64,000 nt of DNA from Podarcis tiliguerta (lineage: Eukaryota): assembly GCA_965153285.1 (NCBI GenBank), contig OZ229114.1. One strand, 5' to 3'. The notes below the pieces were generated by a model. That model was given only the letters and a program-made list of their open reading frames with translations. It did no database searches and was not told where the DNA came from. Of the stretch, positions 1 through 12,715 are shown piece by piece. How positions within the stretch are numbered: position 1 is the first letter of the stretch; every line of letters starts with the position of its first letter. The position numbers and the translations under genes are program-made.

Positions 1-699
1 CACATGTGGTCTAGAGGGCAAAACTCTCTGAATCCACTCTAGGAGTCACAAATTGAGACATCAGCAGATACCAACCCCACCCCCTCCCCCCAAAAACCCA
101 GCCCAAAGATCAGTGAGCATGGACTGCCTCTTGTGGATGTGAGGGAGATGGGAAAATGGGCATAGAAAAGAATAAATGTACCCTGCTGTGATCTCCTTAG
201 GATGTTAGCGGGTTTTTTCCTCACAGGGAGGGAAGTGCTCCAAGCTCCTGATCATTCTAATATCTATTCTTCTTTCAACAATTTTTTCCCCAGTACCTAT
301 GGACTTATGTGAAGGCATTATGATAGTGACCGTTTTGCTTTCAGTCTCCCTCCCAATTCCAAATGCTGTATTTAATTTTGGGTTGCTATTTTTGTATTAC
401 TGCTGCTCTTTTCTTTAATAGAATCCACCCTGGTTTTCTTTCCTGATTTGCCAGCCAACTTAGATCCTAACTGTGTATAAATGGAGTTATGGTTTCCCTC
501 TCCGGTGTGTATTACTTTTAGACTGACCTACATAGAATCTCACCTGCCGTTTTGTTATTCATTCACCAAGTCTGGACTCTAGAGATATCCTTTTGGATTT
601 TTATACACACAGTCTGCTTGGGTTTTCGCTAATCTGAATAATTTGTTATCATCTGGACACTCACCCCTGACTCTAGATAATTTATAAATAAGAAAGACA

Positions 700-1155
700 G
701 CATCACTCCCAATACATGTCCTTGAGAGACCCCACTGGTTATTTCCCTTCATTGTGAAAACTTCCTATTTTATTCCCACAGCATCCTGTTTTTGATCCAG
801 CTATCAATCTATAAGAGGTCTCGCTCTCTGATTGCTAGGTTTATTTAGGAGTCTTTGGTGGCTCCCCAGTGGTGATTCACCAATGGTCTGTTGCCACACT
901 TAAAGAATTCTAAAAAGCATAACAAGATAGGACTCCCCTTCGTAGAAATCATTCAGAAGCCCCAGAAAGGCTTATTCCTCTATATGCTTGAATTTTAGCA
1001 TTAAAAACACTTCCCATCAATTTATCTGTTACGCATATTAAGCTACTGGGCTTGTAATTTCCAGACCTCCTTGAATTCCTTTTAAAAACAGGTGTTACCT
1101 TGACCACTCCTTCCAATCCTCCACTTACGAGGTCAATTTTAGGGATAGCATGCAT
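700..1155 (-). mobile_element. Degenerate CR1 LINE ORF2 fragment
   Basis: ORF 949..1155 gives KVTPVFKRNSRRSGNYKPSSLICVTDKLMGSV, which resembles the CR1 motif NVTPIFKKGSxxDPGNYRPVSLTSVPGKLME. Boundaries are approximate. Confidence 0.75.
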
Positions 1156-1555
1156 ATTTTTGTTAGAAGATGATCAGCTGCATGTGTGTCTTGGTGTGCT
1201 GCATCAGCTTGGCAGGAGGAAGGGAGGTCAAGTGAGGCGCAGGCCCACCATGCTGGCTGTATGCCATGTGAACCCAAATACACGTTTATATTTAATTTGG
1301 ATATTAGCTCTAGAACTTCATCTCTTTATACCTCAGTCTGTGTTCCTCAGGTACCATCCCCAGAAAAGGCTATTCTGATGTGAGTTACCTTTACAGAATC
1401 CTCTGTAGTGACAGTTCAAATAATTAATCTCACTTCTTTGCGAACTCCCAATCCTTCTTCACTAATGACGATAGGTCTATGAGATGTCTAATTCCTGTCA
1501 CTAGAGGGAACAGATGCTGGTTTTTGAACTGATCAGATTGTTGTACATTAAGACT

Positions 1556-1638
1556 TCAATCCTAACCATGCCTCCTCAGAGGTAAGTCCTGATGAATTCA
1601 GTGGGCCACACTCCTAGGTAAATGGTGTTAGGATTGTA
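1556..1638. mobile_element. Short (~90 bp) palindromic MITE-like repeat
   Basis: Terminal inverted match caatcctaac...gttaggattg around an internal gtaagtcc motif. Related copies lie near 14296-14383, 23241-23335, 38936-39003 and 52705-52800. Confidence 0.55.
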
Positions 1639-1695
1639 AACTCAAGGATACCCTAAAATATGGAACTGGGGATTTGAAAGTGAATGTCTGAAGTA

Positions 1696-2040
1696 CCGTA
1701 TTGGCCCAAATATAAGCCACACCCGAATATAAGCCGCACCTTTAAAATTGGAGGGGTGGGGGAGAAAAACCACCCAAATATAAGCCGCTCTCTTCCTCAC
1801 TGCTCCTGGCTACCCTGGCTACATACTGGGGGGGGGGGGGCGTGCTGCGTTGCCGGCAGCTTTCCCCTTTTCTCGCTCTCTCCCTTCCCAGTGGGCACCG
1901 CTTTGCTGCACTGCTGGTGCTGGTGCTGTTTGCCCCAAGATCCTGGCTATATACCGTAAGGTCATGAAGAGAAGCAGCACTTTAACTTTTCACGGTCGAA
2001 ATTTGGGGGGAAAGTAAGGCTTATATTCAGGCCAATATTG
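1696..2040. mobile_element. Tc1/mariner-pogo (Tc2-like) non-autonomous DNA transposon
   Basis: TIRs ccgtattggcccaaatataagcc and ggcttatattcaggccaatattg. Flanked by TA at 1694-1695 and 2041-2042. Confidence 0.8.
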
Positions 2041-2091
2041 TAATACAGTGTTCAAGGTCTGCCCTTCTTGTCTACAACAATTCATTCTATA

Positions 2092-2278
2092 GTTGTGTTC
2101 AAACAATACCTTTAAAGCACATTCAAAGCACATTCTAAACACATTATTTCATTCAATAATTCTGGGCACCGTAGTTTACCCCTCACAGATTTAAATTCCC
2201 AGCAACCTTTAACAAACTACAGTACTCAGAATTCTTTGAGGGAAATAATAAGTGTTAAAGGTATAGTGTGTACACAGC
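2092..2278. mobile_element. Palindromic MITE (possibly PIF/Harbinger-like)
   Basis: Inverted termini gttgtgttcaaacaatacctttaa and ttaaaggtatagtgtgtacacagc. Internal inverted pair gtagttt/aaactac. Confidence 0.6.
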
Positions 2279-5200
2279 ATAAATTATTCAATTTCAGATT
2301 CTCCTGACATGTCTGTAGCGTATACACATAACCATTACTGCATGCCAAAACTGTCACAGTAAGTTTTATTTTGGTAACTGATTCTATACTTATAGGGTGT
2401 TCAGCATGTACTAAGGATTATACCATGCATTTGTTTCAGCTTACAGCCTGCCCTGTCTTGGAAGGCTAACCACACACAGACATCTATTTTCAGTACTATA
2501 TAGACAATTACCAATTGTGCCAAAATATGCTAATCGTTTCCTAAACCAGACCACTACTTAAGTATATTTGAAAACATTTATGCCACCCTTCAACCTCTTT
2601 GGGATTTCTGTGCAGTATGCAACAAAAATTTATATCATAATGCAAAGTAACGTTTACAAAACAGCAGCTAAGACCCTTTAAAGGAGACTGAGATTTGCAA
2701 CATATTAAAATGCCTGGGTAAATAAAAGTATTTTAAATATTCCATCATAGCCATGGCCATGGCTTAAGTAAGCCAGTTGCTGGCATTCTTCCTCCCCACC
2801 CACTACCCCAATCTACCAGTGTGAGGGCTACATCTGAACCAAACTTTATCCTTAATGTTTACAAGGGGAAACGGCTACCATATGTGTAGCCTTCATACCT
2901 CAGAACTAACCAGAGAGAGTTCTCCATAATTCACTATTGATTTGTGATACAGGTATTGCAGCCAAGATGCCTGGATGAGTTTATAACTGCTTTTTCCTGC
3001 CTTCCAGCTACCTCCATCCTCTCTTCCCTCAGTTCATTTGCTGGCCATGTCATGCTGTTTCTCTAGGCGCGGGTTGCTGCATGTCAGTGTAGTTTAGGTC
3101 AAATGAGAAGCTTTGGCTGCAGATGTGCAGGGCGGGTAATTTCTTTATCCACAAGGCATTAAGGAGTCTTATAATCCTGTGCCAATATAAACGGACTAAT
3201 TTAGCTGCAGTCCTCTTCCAGCTGGTATACTCTGAATTATCAGGGCTGCCCTGTTTAATAAAGTGCCTCCAGGGACATTCTCCACCCCCCAGGGGACCTT
3301 GGAATCACTTTCTGACTCTTTGATACACGCGGAAAGATCCATGGTGTGGACCTTCCTAAAAATGTGAAGTACAAGGCAGGAGTGTTTGTTCCTGACCCTG
3401 AAATGGGACTGGGAATGGCTGTGTCTGAAAGCTGGGAAAAAATAAATAGATGGCTACAATGCTAGCAGATGGTTTTCACTAGTCCAAAATTTCTAATTTC
3501 TAATGGAGAAATTCATCAGTATGGAGGGCTGATCATTATGCTCTAAATCATTTATACCCCACCCATCCAGCTGGGTTTCCCAGGTGGCCTTCCAAAGGTT
3601 GATGTATTCCAACTCCCACCAACCCTAGGTTAGCCAGTTGTGCTCTAAATATTGGTTTTCCAAAATGAGAAACTTGTAAATGCATAAAATATTTGCTGCG
3701 CTCCTGGTTTATCTGGAGCTATAAAATATCATAGGTTCTAAACTACCAATGGTTTGGCAAATGGTAATCACATATGGTTTCCATCTGCCGATAATAAGAC
3801 CAAGACTATTTGCAGCATGGGGCAAAGTGGGTGAGGAGGGTAGTGACACATAACAGATATGTAAATGTTAATGCATGTATTTATGGAGAAATAGCCTATT
3901 AATAATCTAAATTTTAAAAATCACTTCTGGGTAAGTTGGATTGGTCCATTCTAGTCTGCCAATTTTTAAGTTGAGAACAACATTCAGATAAGTGTAAAAT
4001 CCAAAGAGTTATTTTCTTCTAGTCCACACATTAGTCTGTGGCGATCCCAATCAGTTAACAGAATCCACAAGCATCCCTTTTCTAGGTAACATGCCTTTCT
4101 CTATATATATAGCAAGGAGAAAGAAGGGAAGAAAGATACCACTGGGTCTTTATCATCTGACTGGTCTATGGTCCAGGCTATAAATCTCCAAGAATAAACA
4201 ATGGTTTGCAATCACCCATCACAACAAGGAAGGGGAGGAGAGAGTGTGCCTACAAACAGCTCATTCCAAATCCTACATGAGAACAAGATATCTGCGTGCA
4301 GCCAAAGAGCAATGAACCACCCTTGTAGCCAGTATGAATCTTTAATAGCTAGTAGGTGTAGTTAGCAGTGCTGGACTGGCTATGATTTCCAGTCAGTCCT
4401 GAAGTAAATCAGGTGATAGCATTAGGTAATTTTTTTACAATCTCTCAGGGCTGTCGAAAGGATGAAAAGATGTAAACCCATTCATGTTTACAGCTCTAAG
4501 CATCTTGAGCAAGGGAATGATACAAATGGGATAAATAATCTCTTCTGCCTGTTCCCTAGATCCCCAGCATTTCAATTTCTATCCCAACAAACTTCACCAC
4601 CATGCTTTCTTATGGGCCTCTCTGGTAGCAGCTGTAGTGCTGCTGAGTGAATGTGTACATGGCCTTTAGATGACTAATCTATGTTTCTCTTAACAAACAT
4701 CACTGTACTGCCAACAACAATCTGCTTTGCTAACCATATGGAGCCATGGTTTTGTCACAAAATACCATGTTTAAGTGCAAATAATATCCCTTTTTTTCAT
4801 TGTAGTTTGTAGGGAAATGAGAGGTCTTGGCTCGTTTAGGTGATCCATTGCTGTCAATAACTAGCAGGCCAACATCTCAAGCTATTGTAAATATATTAAT
4901 GCAAGACTTTCTTTGTATTCACTAGACTCAAGAAAGAACATCTGGAAACAGATGTTCTGTGAAGCAGCATAAAAGGCAGCGGAAGAACAGTAATAGCTCA
5001 CAGCGCAGTGGTAAGGCAAGGAGCAACAATAATGGAGTTTGTCAGTGATTAGTCACTGCTGATCACAAGGGACAAGCACAACAGGAAGTAGTCATAAACC
5101 ACTGTTTGCAAAGTTAATGTTCAATAGAGGAAAGACCTGAAGCTGCTGATAGTAGTATATCATCAGCAGTAAGAGTCTCAGGTCATGCAAATCAATCTGG

Positions 5201-5468
5201 GAGTGAGCAACTATTAGGCTGAGAACCCAGGCCAGAGACAACAACTCTATAGGACCAGCCTCCCTGGGGAGAGCATTCCACAAACATGGAGCCACCACAG
5301 AAATTGTACTTTGTCATGTTGCCACCCTCTGGGCCTCTCGTGAATGAGGCACATGAAGAAGAGCCTCAGATGATAACCACAGGGTCTGGGCCAGTTCATA
5401 TGGGGAGAGACAGTCCTTGAGGTTTTTCAGTCCTGAGCCATTTGAGACTTCATAGGTCAAAACCCTCA

Positions 5469-5819
5469 GGGACGCGAGTGGCGCTGTGGTTTAAACCACT
5501 GCACCCCTTGAACTTGCTGATAGGAAGGTCGGCGGTTTGAGGCACCGCGATGGGGTGAGCTCCTGTTGTTCAGTCCCAGCTCCTGCCAACCTAGCAGTTT
5601 GAAAGCACGCAGTGCAAGTAGTGGGAAGGTAAATGATGTTTCCGTGTGCTTCTCTGGCTTCGCCAGAAGCGGCTTAGTCATGCTGGCCACATGACCCAGA
5701 AAAACTGTCTGCAGAAGCGGACAAACGCCGGCTTCCTCAGCCTGCAAAGCGAGATGAGCACCGTAACCCCAGAACTGTTAGCGACTGGACTTAACTGTCA
5801 GGGGTACCTTTACCTTTTT
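5469..5819 (+). mobile_element. Sauria SINE (Squam1, lacertid type), near full length
   Basis: tRNA-like head gggacgcgagtggcgctgtggtttaaacc, conserved body ctcctgccaacctagcagtt, and acctttaccttt tail. 12-bp TSD TAGGTCAAAACC at 5453-5464 and 5820-5831. Confidence 0.93.
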
Positions 5820-6225
5820 TAGGTCAAAACCAGCACTTTGAATTGGGCCCAGAAACTTATTGGCAGCCAGCGCAGTCGAGCCAGGATCAGTGTAATATGC
5901 TCAAACCACATTCCCCCAGTGAGCAACCTGGCCACCGAATTCTGTACCACTGTACAGTCATCCCCATGTATAATACATCACAGTAATCTAACCTAGAGGT
6001 TACCAGAATATAGACAGAAGTTAGGCTATTCCTGGGCAGATAGTGGTGCAGCTGGGCCACCAGCCAAAGCTGGTGGAAGGCACTTCACACCACCAAGGCC
6101 ACCTGAGTCTCAAGCAACAACCAAGGTTCCAGGAGTCACCCCAAGCTACATACCCACTCCTTCAGAGGAAGTGTGACCCAATCAAGAGCAGGCATCCATC
6201 TAGTCTAGGGAACCACCCATTAACA

Positions 6226-6361
6226 CAGGCATCCCCAAACTCGGCCCTCCAGTTGTTTGGGGACTACAACTCCCATCATCCCTAGCTAACAGGACCAATG
6301 GTCAGGGATGATGGGAACTGTAGTCCCAAAACAGCTGGAGGGCTGAGTTTGGGGATGCCTG
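6226..6361. mobile_element. hAT-superfamily MITE (136 bp)
   Basis: TIRs caggcatccccaaact and agtttggggatgcctg with a largely palindromic body. Perfect 8-bp TSD CATTAACA at 6218-6225 and 6362-6369. Confidence 0.92.
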
Positions 6362-7350
6362 CATTAACAGTACCTCAGTCTTACCTGGACTGAACTTCAG
6401 TTTATTTACCCCCACCCCCCACTCTGCAGGCATAAGCAGAACTCCTTTTGATGGTGACTATTTGTCTACTGCCATTCCCCCTCGCCACTTAAATGCCCCT
6501 CCAAGTGATGCTACATCATGCTGTGCCATTGCTCATAAGGGCACTATGGGGAGAAAATGGCAGTTCTCACTGGTGGCTACCATTCTTCCACAAAAGCCAC
6601 CTCTCACAAACATAAGTTTCATTTTCTCACTTTTCAGTCAAAGATGAGGATGCCAACCTTAGATTGTAAAAATATTGTTCTTCACAAGTGGCTGGTCAGC
6701 TACAGAACCAGGGTTTATCCTGAATGGTAATGAGCAGAGCTGTGCATAAGGTAGAGTTCAATGGCTTTTCATTCATTACAGGTTACCTGCCAGAACACAG
6801 AAAAAACTAAATGGATAAAAATAAATGGATGGTTGAGAACTCTAGTCAAAGTGGGACCATTGCGCCAAACAAAGCCAAATTCTGGTTCATTATAGACAAG
6901 ATGATTCCAAACCCATTTTCTTCACTGTTCTGCATCAAAGGAAAAGTGCAATGCTTCACAGGAACCGAACTTGCATTTTTTTCCCCTGGTGGTGTCTGGG
7001 TTTCATTTCATCCAGAACGTACCCCTCTGCAATCAGAGGTCACAGAGATGGTCATCTTCTCCAGCTGGAGCGGCACAATGATCTCACTTCCTGATCATCC
7101 TGGGTGGTGAGACTTTTTAACAGGCAAAATTGCAAAAATGAAAAAAAAATTCTCCAGTGAGAAAATGCCGAAGAACATCAAAGTACTGACAATCTGTTCA
7201 GAAAATGTATCAAAGCACACTTCTAAACACCAGTACTGTATACAGGATATTTGTATGTGTTTTTGTGTGTATCAATTCATTTTTCATGATGGAAAGTAGA
7301 AGCCATGTTAAACAACATTTAAATATTAGATAACTTATAATAATAACTCA

Positions 7351-7675
7351 AGACTTTAATTTATCAGAAATAGGGAGGGGCCATTACTTCTTTATCCCAA
7401 AATCTCAGGTGCATAACCTAGATGGAGGTTATCTGCAAACTCCATCTTGGAATCATCTACAAGCTGACTTCATGCCTAATTTCTGAACTTTGCCCCACTT
7501 CTCAACTCCCTCACTCCCTGCTTATTGTAGCATCTTGCCTGATGAAGACTTCTGGAGAGCTCAAAAGCTTGCCATGCTTTTGTGACATTTTAGTAGGTTC
7601 CCCAAAAAGGCATAGTCCAACTATAGATTTTGGAGGGTGGGTGTGTATGGATCAACACAGCTACTTTTGCTCTTT
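7351..7675 (+). mobile_element. Penelope-like terminal repeat (pLTR) remnant, copy 1
   Basis: Contains ctgatgaag...ctcaaaagcttg...gtgacatttt. It is a diverged direct repeat of 7933-8230. Confidence 0.6.
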
Positions 7676-7932
7676 ATGTGCATAGATGAATACAAAACTA
7701 GCCATTCAGGCAGAATCCTACAACCAGAGGAAGATGATTTTCCACCATGTGGACTTTTCATTTTGAGAATTACATCCCCTCCAACCGCTAGATAATACTG
7801 TTTGACTTCAATTGACTCTTTTTACCTAGGACACCATCCAAAATTAATCCCTGGCCTTGCTAAATTAAAGACTGCCAGGTTTCACTTTACTCCCGCTGTC
7901 TGCCAAACCCAGGGACCTGTGTGTTACAAGCC

Positions 7933-8230
7933 AGACTTTAATTTCTCAGAGTTGGGGAGCAGCTATTGCTTCTTTATCCCAGATTCCCAGGTGTGCAACC
8001 TGATATCTATAGCACCTGGGAGGGACTTCAGACTGCAATCTCCATCTTGGAACTATCTGTAAGCTGACTTCATGACAACATCAGCCTAATTTTTGTACTC
8101 CCCCCCCACCCCACTTCTCCACTTCTCCCCCCCCCCCCCCCCGCTGCTATCTTGCCTGATAAGGAGTGCTGGACAACTCAAAAGCTTGTCACACTTCTGT
8201 GACATTTTGGTTGGTCCCAACAAAGTTATT
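7933..8230 (+). mobile_element. Penelope-like terminal repeat (pLTR) remnant, copy 2
   Basis: Shares the blocks agactttaattt, cttctttatccca, ctccatcttggaa, aagctgacttcatg and ctcaaaagcttg with copy 1, about 580 bp upstream. Confidence 0.6.
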
Positions 8231-8949
8231 TTGGTTGTTAAACAATGTTGCAGTTAAAGGGTAATGATAGTTATACAGCATATACAAAAACTTACACAAT
8301 TAGACGAATCAAGTGCTCAGAATGAAGGAAAAGCACAAGATGGAAGTAATACAAGATGGACAGGTGGGAGTGGGCTGAGAATGACAACACCAAGATTAAA
8401 ACAGAACTAAAGGTGAAACAGAAGAATGAAGCACTGATAAAAAAAGGCAGTAGAAAGGAAAAGGAACTAGTAATAAATAAAAATGCACATGTAAAATCTG
8501 TGTACTGTTCTTCAGATTCTTTGGGGTAAAACATTTTGCTGAGAAAAAAAGAGTTGTAGAAAACAGATAAACTATCTCACAAGCACTATGAAGCCCCCTG
8601 TCACTTGGTACAACATAGCCAGGGGACAAGTGGACTACACTTTCATCATCCATGACAGCCGACCAAACTGGCTGGGCCTGATACAAGGCCACAGGCTCCT
8701 CATCCCTTTAGTATAACATATGCTACACTGGAAGAATTGGCTTCCTATGGTGGGCAAGTTTTAAGCATTCCACCACAGCCAAGATGCTGTTCTGAAGACA
8801 GAAGATGATGAAAATTTCAGCAGCTGGGATTACTGAGATCACCCATCAACATGGTGCAGATTAATCCTTACCTTAAACACAACCTTTAACTTTCTCCTGT
8901 ACAGATGAATGGTAGTCAACCATCCAGTGGGGACCACTAAAGTGTTATA

Positions 8950-9273
8950 AAAAAGGTAAAGGTAAAGGGACCCCAGTCGCGGACAACTCTGGGGTTGCGG
9001 TGCTCATCTCGCTTTACTGGCTGAGGGAACCAGTGTACAGCTTCCGGGTTATGTGGCCAGCATGACTGAGCCACTTCTGGCGAACCAGAGCAGCACACGG
9101 AAACACCGTTTACCTTCCCGCCGGAGGGGTACCTATTTATCTACTTGCACTTTGATGTGCTTTCGAACTGCTAGGTTGGCAGGAGCAGGGACCAAGCAAT
9201 GGGGATTTCAACCACCGAGCTTCTGATCGGCAAGCCCTAGGCTCTGTGGTTTAACCCACAGCGCAACCCACGC
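8950..9273 (-). mobile_element. Sauria SINE (Squam1) with small internal deletions
   Basis: aaaggtaaaggtaaagg tail at the left end. Body is the reverse complement of the 32496 copy. 10-bp TSD AAGTGTTATA at 8940-8949 and 9279-9288. Confidence 0.92.
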
Positions 9274-9288
9274 TATACAAGTGTTATA

Positions 9289-9504
9289 CAGTGGTACCTC
9301 AGGTTACATATGCTTCAGGTTACATACGCTTCAGGTTTAGACTCCACTAACCCAGAAATATTACCTCGGGTTAAGAACTTTGCTTCAGGATGAGAACAGA
9401 AATTGTGCAGCAGTGGCTGCAGGAAGCCCCATTAGCTAAAGTGGTGCTTCAGGTTAAGAACAGACCTCCAGAACGAATTAAGTTCTTAACCCGAAGTACC
9501 ACAG
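9289..9504. mobile_element. Tc1/mariner-pogo (Tigger-like) MITE
   Basis: TIRs cagtggtacctcaggtt and aacccgaagtaccacag with TA on both sides. Same family as 16757-16998, in the opposite orientation. Confidence 0.88.
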
Positions 9505-12500
9505 TACTTGAAAATAATACAGTGGAAGGTGAAATCTGCTTTGACATTGGCTTCCCAGGTCCCACTTTCAGGGATCCCACACGGCAATCCAAATTCACCC
9601 CCAGGTCTCCTTGCAAAATACAAATCTTCCTCTGACACATAATACCCTAATCTGTCTAATTTACAGGCATTTTGCTAGCCCTATATATCAAACATAAGGC
9701 TGAATCAAAACATCAGACCTAACTTTCCACCCTCATTAGCAAGCTATGAAGGTGGGCTCTCACTTTCATTGATTCTTCAATGGGAGGAGGGACAAAGAAC
9801 AGGGACCAAGTTTGCGATTGTGCCAGCAACAGAGGGAAAGGAAAAAGTGCAGGAGGAAATATGCCCCCACTTCTCAGTGGTTTGCAGTTTTCTTCTACAG
9901 AAGTGAATGCCAAACTTTTGCTCCTCTGGGAAAAGTACTGCATTTGGGGCGGGATCAGACTCCTGGCCCCTCCAAACCATAGGTCATAGGTCTTCTACTG
10001 AGAGGGAACCTGCCTGGGGGCACAGTCTATCTCTCTGTGAACACAAAACAAGGGAAAAGAAGAGTATATTTCATTAAAGACAGACTGCCTAGGAACCCAA
10101 GAATGAAATGGGAATGGATAGCTAGCTCAGGAAATTGAAAACAACTTTTAGTAAAAACTTCCTATCCCTCAAAACACTTAGTCTTTTATCAAAGATCCTT
10201 CTTTTTCTGACAGCAAAGTGTAAGGTTTTGGCAGAGCACAGCTGCACTCCAGGATAATGCAAAAGACAGGCGTGGTGGCTACGAGGTTCACAGCTAATGG
10301 ACCAGAGTCGTTTTCAATTACTCTCAGCATTGTTTGCAAAGAAAAGCCAGGGACAAGGAATGCTGCTAATGTCATCTGGGAGCCACATCGTTTCCAGCAT
10401 TCCTGGACGCAGTCTTAAAATCCATTCACTGTACCTTCAAAGATCATCCTGGGTGTTATAAGCCATGAGGGAGCGCTTGTTCATCTCTGTCTTCAGTTCT
10501 GATCCTGGACTTGCTTCTGTGCACAATAACACCTGGACCCTCCCTGCAGTGCTAAAGTAAAAGAGAGGCCTAAGCATTTTAACATTGCACACTTTATTTA
10601 CATTTTCAGTGGTGACATTATTCTTATGATTACAAAACCAGTGTGGTTATAGCCGGATGAAAATTGGTTTACAACGTTGTGCCTCCATCCTCCTACGCTG
10701 TCACTATCACATATGACAGCTCTGAATTTTCAGAGAAAGGCAGCCTAGAGAGCTGAACAAGCACGCTATATGCAGCAAGGAGTGGGAAACCATATATTAG
10801 AGCAGGAAGGTACTGCAGGTGGGCAAAGCGTTGTTGGTAGAAGTCATATCAGGTTGGAAAGAAAGATGAAGCATCTAGTAGGCATGAGAGATCACACGAG
10901 ATCTTAAGGACATAGCAAAGGAAGCAAATGGAAGCGTGGGCAGTCAGGAGTGGTCATACTATATGGGATGTTATTAGCATGGCATATAAGGTTTCACGAG
11001 GTTTTGACAGGTATTTGAGTTTATGTAATCCACCCTGGGACCTTAGGGTAAAGGGTAGGTAATATCCTTGGAAAAAGATCCATACAACCCAACATTTCTG
11101 AGGTCATTTCTGAGAATACAATAGCCGTCTGCAGCACCTTTGGACAGATATACGTCTTCCTTATTTTTCTCCACCCATAACCAGGTTCCGCACCAGCTCC
11201 ATCCCTGCATTCTGATCTGGTAGATTCTAATCTTGCTCTTATTCAATCAGCGGGGTACTTCCAGACTCTGCTTCTGCTCTGTCTGCCCTGGCTCTGCCTT
11301 CCAGCCCTGTCTCGAGGGCTATTGTTTTTCAAAACAAAAGTCTGCAGTCCCAGATAAGTGAACATATCTAATAATTGCTCATGACATTCTGGTGATGCCC
11401 ATCTCCTTCCTCAGAACAGGTCTCAAGCCAAATCGTTCTGAAGTTGAAATTTAAGACACAAGCTGGCCTAATGGCTGGATTTCCAAAAGATAAAAACACA
11501 ATTCTGACAACCCTTTGAATAAGCAGTGTTGCCATTTGGGCCAGGACATGGGAATCTGCTATCTGTGGACAATGCTGAGTGGCACCGGGGTGAAGCTCTG
11601 CAATTAATCTTGTGCTTGGATGCTTCTCAGGGCAGTCTAAGATGAATACTACTCTTCCATTTTTCAGTTCCATGCTAACAGGTGATTATCTCCTGTGGTC
11701 AAATTCTTGAAGGAAAAGAGTTTGAATTACTTGGATTCCTCTTCTCTTGAGTTTGGAGCTGAAGAAGGCAGTGATTGATACTGACGAGTGGACTGATGTG
11801 GCTGCATTTTTTGACCCAAGGACCAAACCTTCACACAACAGGCTGGTCATTGTTTCGTATTAGAAACATGCTAACAATCAAAAAGATACCAACAAATCTA
11901 TAGGATATATATCACATTCAAAATGCAAGTTTACACTTCACTTTCAAATGTCAAATTGAAGAAATCACTGGCAACAAAACTAGAAAATTCAGTGAGTTTC
12001 GAACATTTGTGGATACTTGTTTCAGCTGCAGTTTCAGCCAAAGTATTAAACCCTATCCTTTCTTCATCCCTCTAGGCTCTGGCCACATATCTTCCCTGTA
12101 AGTGGTTGGGTCAGTTGCTTCTAGAAATGTCAGGCTGGAGATGGGCAGCAGAGCCTTCCAGTAAGAGATTTCTTGCCGTCTGCATGGAGACGTCCACTGA
12201 AGTCGTTCCAGCTTACAGCTGCTAGCAGGGGATAAGGTAGCAGCTGCTTCTGCTGCTTAGATGTCTCATATTGAGCACACAGCTCTTATTGTATCAGCCT
12301 TCTCTGCATCTTTGTGTCGGCAATGTGATGTAAATCTTTCAGTGGCAGGGGTTAACCTATTTTATCAGAGTCAACTAGAAAGAAAGAAAAAGGAGACCCA
12401 CCATATGCGAGATGTCCTCCAATTTTTAATTTTTTACAGTTGCTGTGATGAATTAGAATTTCAGAGAAAGATCAAGGCAATATGTGGATCCTTTTATTTG

Positions 12501-12574
12501 ACTCTAGGGTAGTTCCTGCCCTAGTATGTTATTTTGGAACTTATACTACTATTTACTACCATTACTGGTTATAA

Positions 12575-12715
12575 TTACCACCACATTTATAGCCTGCCTT
12601 TCCTCCAAGCAACTCAAGATAGGGAACATCAGGGTTATTCAATGTTCTCACAACAACCTTGTAAAGTAGGCTAGCCTTCAAAACAATGACTTACCAAGGC
12701 TCAATAGCGATTACC
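12575..12715 (-). mobile_element. Old MIR/CORE-like SINE remnant
   Basis: ctcacaacaaccttgtaaagtagg...tgacttaccaagg resembles the MIR/CORE reverse strand. Heavily diverged. Confidence 0.5.

Larger units (their letters stand above)
5258..6425 (-). mobile_element. L2-clade LINE 3' ORF2 fragment, interrupted by a SINE and a MITE
   Basis: Minus-strand translation VAPCLWNALPRE matches the L2 RT C-terminal motif AFSVxAPxLWNxLP. The sequence resumes co-linearly across both insertions. Confidence 0.75.

Noticed and set aside
11368-11673. ORF MELKNGRVVFILDC...LLIQRVVRIV, faintly reminiscent of the Penelope RT C-terminus
   Set aside because: The similarity is limited to a few residues, with no YRKPT motif, GIY-YIG domain or adjacent pLTR. 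It cannot be supported without a profile search.
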